Shown here one piece after another: positions 60,718 through 64,000 of a stretch of DNA of 64,000 nt; position 1 is the first letter of the stretch; each line of letters starts with the position of its first letter. A model generated the notes under the pieces. It was not told where the DNA came from, made no database searches, and saw only the letters and a list, made by a program, of their open reading frames with translations. The position numbers and the translations under genes were made by a program. The stretch is from assembly GCA_964291655.2 (NCBI GenBank), contig OZ219801.1:672001-736000 (forward strand). Direction: 5' to 3'. Origin of the DNA: Chloroflexota bacterium. Its GTDB lineage: Bacteria > Chloroflexota > UBA11872 > VXOZ01.

Positions 60718-62193
60718 GTGGTCAAGTGGTCGTACACGCCCCGCGTGCAAATTGTCGGGCGGGCGGCAAGAAGCCCTGAAGCTATCACGGCCGGCATGGC
60801 GCGCATTAGTCGTGACCCGACGCCTGTGCCCCAACTCATCAAAGAAGCGCGCGACAACACAGCCATGGCGCGTCAGCGCAACCAGCGAGTTGTGTACGAA
60901 TACGGGCACAATAGCGTCGCGGAACATGGGTGTTTCAGCGCCGCCATTTGGGACATCCCTCGTCTGCTTTCGCTGGAAATTGTGCAGCACCGGCTGGCGG
61001 CCTACACGCAGCACAGCGGACGGTATATCCCCTTTGAGGAAGTGCCGCGCCAATTCTATTTGCCTAGGGAATACCGTCGCGGCAAGTCGCGGCGCCTCAT
61101 CGAACAGGCAGTTGCCCAGAGCTACACAGCCTATCGCAAGCTTTACGCCGGCTGCACCGCCTATCTTCTGGAAAAGTATCCACGCATGCGCGCTTCCTCG
61201 GCTGAACGCCGTGCCACGGAGGACGCGCGATACGTATTGCCGCTGGCGCAGACCACCCAAGTGGGGGTAACGACGAACGCGCGTGAATTCGCCCTTATGA
61301 TTACGCGGCTGCTCTCATCACCGCTCCCTGAATTCCGTGAAACCGGTGAAAAGCTCTTTGCCAGTCTCCATCCGATTGCACCTTCGCTCTTTCCGGAAGA
61401 GTATGTCCGTGCACTGCCTTACCCTCAGAGTGGACGTGATGCCATTCGGAAAACGGCGGCGGAACTTGGCATTGCCGCGGCGCCGAATGTCGGCAATTCT
61501 CCCATGGCCGACCGGCCCGTACAATCGACAGCCAATGACCCGGTGCGGCTCGTGCGCTATGATCCGGACGGTGAGCGGCACGTAGCCGCCGCGCTGTTGT
61601 TTCACAGTTCGCAAACGACTCTTGCCGATGCGCAGCAGGCGATAGCACGCCTTGATGCCGACCAAGTGGGCCAATTCATCCGGTCTGCCTACCGCGGACT
61701 GCACGCCCACGACACCGTGCTCCGCGAATTCGAATTCCTTCGCTACCAGTTTGAATTGGTGATGTCGGAAGCCGCGTATCACCAGTTCATTCGCCACCGG
61801 ATGAAGACTGAGATCTCTCAGTCCCACAGCCCCACGCATGGGCGCACGCTTCCGCCGCTTATTCGGAATGCCGGCTTTGCAGACGAGTACAATCGCACGC
61901 TCGATCTCTTGGAAGAGACGTACCACGCTCTTGGCGCCGACAAGCGTGCTGAAATCGTACTTGCCAACGGGCACAACCTCCGCATCCTGGCAGACCTCAA
62001 CGCGCGCGAAGTCGTGGAAATATCCCGTATTCGCAGCGACCGCCACGCGCAGTGGGACATTCGCAACATCTCCGATGCGATTGCCGCCGCCGTGTCGCGC
62101 GTTCATCCGCACGTGGGATTGGCTTGCGGCGGGCGTGACTCATTCAAGGACGGTACTGCCGCCGTACTGCCGGATACTTCCATCTTGACGTAG
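60718..62193 (+). CDS. thyX: FAD-dependent thymidylate synthase, tandem two-domain ThyX (start uncertain; ORF open from 60559)
   Basis: GHNSVAEH, QHRLAAYTQHSGRY, EDARYVLP, NARE; second domain RHRMKTEISQS, NARE, AQWDIR. Confidence 0.85.
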   Translation: MVKWSYTPRVQIVGRAARSPEAITAGMARISRDPTPVPQLIKEARDNTAMARQRNQRVVYEYGHNSVAEHGCFSAAIWDIPRLLSLEIVQHRLAAYTQHSGRYIPFEEVPRQFYLPREYRRGKSRRLIEQAVAQSYTAYRKLYAGCTAYLLEKYPRMRASSAERRATEDARYVLPLAQTTQVGVTTNAREFALMITRLLSSPLPEFRETGEKLFASLHPIAPSLFPEEYVRALPYPQSGRDAIRKTAAELGIAAAPNVGNSPMADRPVQSTANDPVRLVRYDPDGERHVAAALLFHSSQTTLADAQQAIARLDADQVGQFIRSAYRGLHAHDTVLREFEFLRYQFELVMSEAAYHQFIRHRMKTEISQSHSPTHGRTLPPLIRNAGFADEYNRTLDLLEETYHALGADKRAEIVLANGHNLRILADLNAREVVEISRIRSDRHAQWDIRNISDAIAAAVSRVHPHVGLACGGRDSFKDGTAAVLPDTSILT

Positions 62194-62380
62194 GCGTTGC
62201 ACCAACCTCGAAGTCAGCGTGCCCGCTTTCAAGCTTGAAGGCTAACCGGCCTTCTCCGCGCGCTCTTCGTTCCTTCCAATTGGGCTTCACTACGGAAATT
62301 GCCTATAATGGAGATTGCTGAATTTAACTTACACGATAGAATAATCGGAATCCCACAGATCAAGGAGTGGGTGCATTACC

Positions 62381-63466
62381 ATGGCTAGGCGAACGAAGAC
62401 TTCTGAAGAAAACGGCGTGGAGGGACGAACCCAGGCCCTGCAGGCTGCGATCAGCCAGATTGAGCGCCGTTACGGCAAGGGCTCGATCATGCGCATGGGC
62501 GAAGAAGCAGGAGTGCCTGTTGCTGTCGTTCCTACCGGCTCGCTTTCGCTGGACCTGGCGTTGGGAGTAGGCGGTTTGCCCCGGGGCCGCGTCGTCGAGA
62601 TTTACGGCAACGAGGGCAGCGGCAAGACTACCCTGGCCCAGCACGTCGTAGCTGAAGCGCAGAAGCTCGGTGGCACTGCTGCGTTTGTGGATGCCGAGCA
62701 CGCGTTCGACCCCACCTATGCCGCTAAGTGCGGCGTTGGCATTGAAGAGCTACTCGTCTCCCAGCCGGACAATGGCGAACAAGCCTTGGAAATCGCCGAG
62801 ATGCTGGTGCGCAGCAATGCCGTCGATGTAATAGTGGTCGACTCTGTAGCGGCCCTGGTACCGAAAGCCGAAATAGAAGGCGAAATGGGCGACGCCCACA
62901 TGGGCTTGCAGGCGCGGCTGATGTCCCAGGCGCTCCGCAAGCTTACAGCTGCTATCAGCCGTTCGCGCACAGTGGTCATCTTCATCAATCAAGTGCGCGA
63001 GAAAATCGGCGTGATGTTCGGCAACCCGGAGACCACGCCGGGAGGGCGCGCGCTCCGCTTCTACTCGTCGGTGCGCGTAGACGTTCGTCGTGTTGACTAC
63101 GTGAAGAGCGGGCAGGAGCAGGTAGGCATCCGCGTGCGCGCCAAGGTCGTGAAAAATAAGGTGGCGCCGCCGTTCCGAACGTGCGAATTCGACATTCTGT
63201 TCGACGAAGGGATTTCCAAGCTGGGCGATCTCATCGACCTCTCGACCGAGTATGGCATCGTCCGCAAGGCAGGGGCGCACTACTCGCATGGTGACACGCG
63301 CCTCGGCCTCGGACGTGAAAACGTCCGCAATTTCCTCAAGGAAAATACCGACATCGCAGAAGCAATTGAACTGGCAGTGCGCACCCAAGCACAGGCAACC
63401 CTCGACGACACTCCCGTAGAAGAGGTTGTCGAGGCGATGGCAGACACCGAGACAGCAGCGCAATGA
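62381..63466 (+). CDS. recA: Recombinase A
   Basis: [42 protein letters not shown]. Confidence 0.99.
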   Translation: MARRTKTSEENGVEGRTQALQAAISQIERRYGKGSIMRMGEEAGVPVAVVPTGSLSLDLALGVGGLPRGRVVEIYGNEGSGKTTLAQHVVAEAQKLGGTAAFVDAEHAFDPTYAAKCGVGIEELLVSQPDNGEQALEIAEMLVRSNAVDVIVVDSVAALVPKAEIEGEMGDAHMGLQARLMSQALRKLTAAISRSRTVVIFINQVREKIGVMFGNPETTPGGRALRFYSSVRVDVRRVDYVKSGQEQVGIRVRAKVVKNKVAPPFRTCEFDILFDEGISKLGDLIDLSTEYGIVRKAGAHYSHGDTRLGLGRENVRNFLKENTDIAEAIELAVRTQAQATLDDTPVEEVVEAMADTETAAQ

Positions 63467-64000
63467 ACCGACGCTTTTACATTACTCTGGCATTCATTGT
63501 CGTATTCGTCACGCTGGCAAGCTATGTCAATTGGCCCGGCAATCCAGGTCTCAACGTCGGTATCGGCAATTCGCGCCTTGTGCGCGACCTCCGCTATCAC
63601 TTAGGCCTCGACCTGCAGGGCGGTCTCCATGTAGTGTTGCGAGCCACTCCCGCGGAAGATCAGAACATCACGTCCGATCACATGGAAGCCACACGGGGCA
63701 TCATTGCCGAACGCGTGAATGCCTTGGGTGTCTCGGAGCCCATCGTGCAATTGGAGGGCACCGACCGCATCATCGTCGAACTACCTGGCGTAGCAAACCC
63801 GGATGAAGCCATCGCACTCTTCCGCGAAACCGGCGAACTTGCCTTCGTTGACCTTGGCAGAAGTTCAGTACCACCCATTCAGGTAGGCGGGCTCGTTGAA
63901 GGTGAGCAGTATCGGAGGCTCTTCACCGGGGCTATGGTTGAGTCTGCGGAAGTCGGCTTCGATGAGCGCAGCCTGCCGCAGATCAACTTTGAACTCAAAG
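63463..64000 (+). CDS. secD: Protein translocase subunit SecD (5' part, runs off the window)
   Basis: N-terminal [29 protein letters not shown]. Confidence 0.93.
   Translation, partial: MNRRFYITLAFIVVFVTLASYVNWPGNPGLNVGIGNSRLVRDLRYHLGLDLQGGLHVVLRATPAEDQNITSDHMEATRGIIAERVNALGVSEPIVQLEGTDRIIVELPGVANPDEAIALFRETGELAFVDLGRSSVPPIQVGGLVEGEQYRRLFTGAMVESAEVGFDERSLPQINFELK

Noticed and set aside
62200-62380. LexA boxes upstream of recA (also checked dinB and the radical SAM gene)
   Set aside because: No clear GAAC-N4-GTTC or other shared motif found by eye

Overview
A GC-rich bacterial chromosome segment. I infer a Chloroflexota, possibly host- or sponge-associated, from many Tat-lipoprotein sugar-binding proteins, Pro/Thr-rich surface proteins, an NHL protein, cdaA-cdaR and a tandem ThyX. 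Housekeeping content includes tRNA-Arg(TCT), dinB, rpsU, gmd, aroF, aroA, mnmA, alaS, mutY, argF, cdaA/cdaR, thyX, recA and the start of secD. These are mixed with oxidoreductases, ABC components and glycan-related membrane enzymes. I found no CRISPR array, prophage, integrase or intact transposase. Main observations: (1) three nested miniature mobile elements at 18280-18910, two of them inserted into the loop of a CCCTCTCC..GGAGAGGG REP-like hairpin, with a different element in the same kind of loop at 31397-31535; (2) an unannotated Tyr-Tyr-Tyr-Leu-Phe leader peptide plus terminator upstream of the DAHP synthase-aroA operon, a candidate ribosome-mediated attenuator; (3) a MocA-like nucleotidyltransferase fused to a Ham1/ITPase-like domain beside mutY and a repair-type radical SAM gene; (4) a glycoside hydrolase fused to an O-antigen-ligase-like domain facing a GT-C glycosyltransferase; (5) a composite GTAG/CGTC REP array with variable spacers. 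All family assignments come from motif recognition by eye, without database searches.
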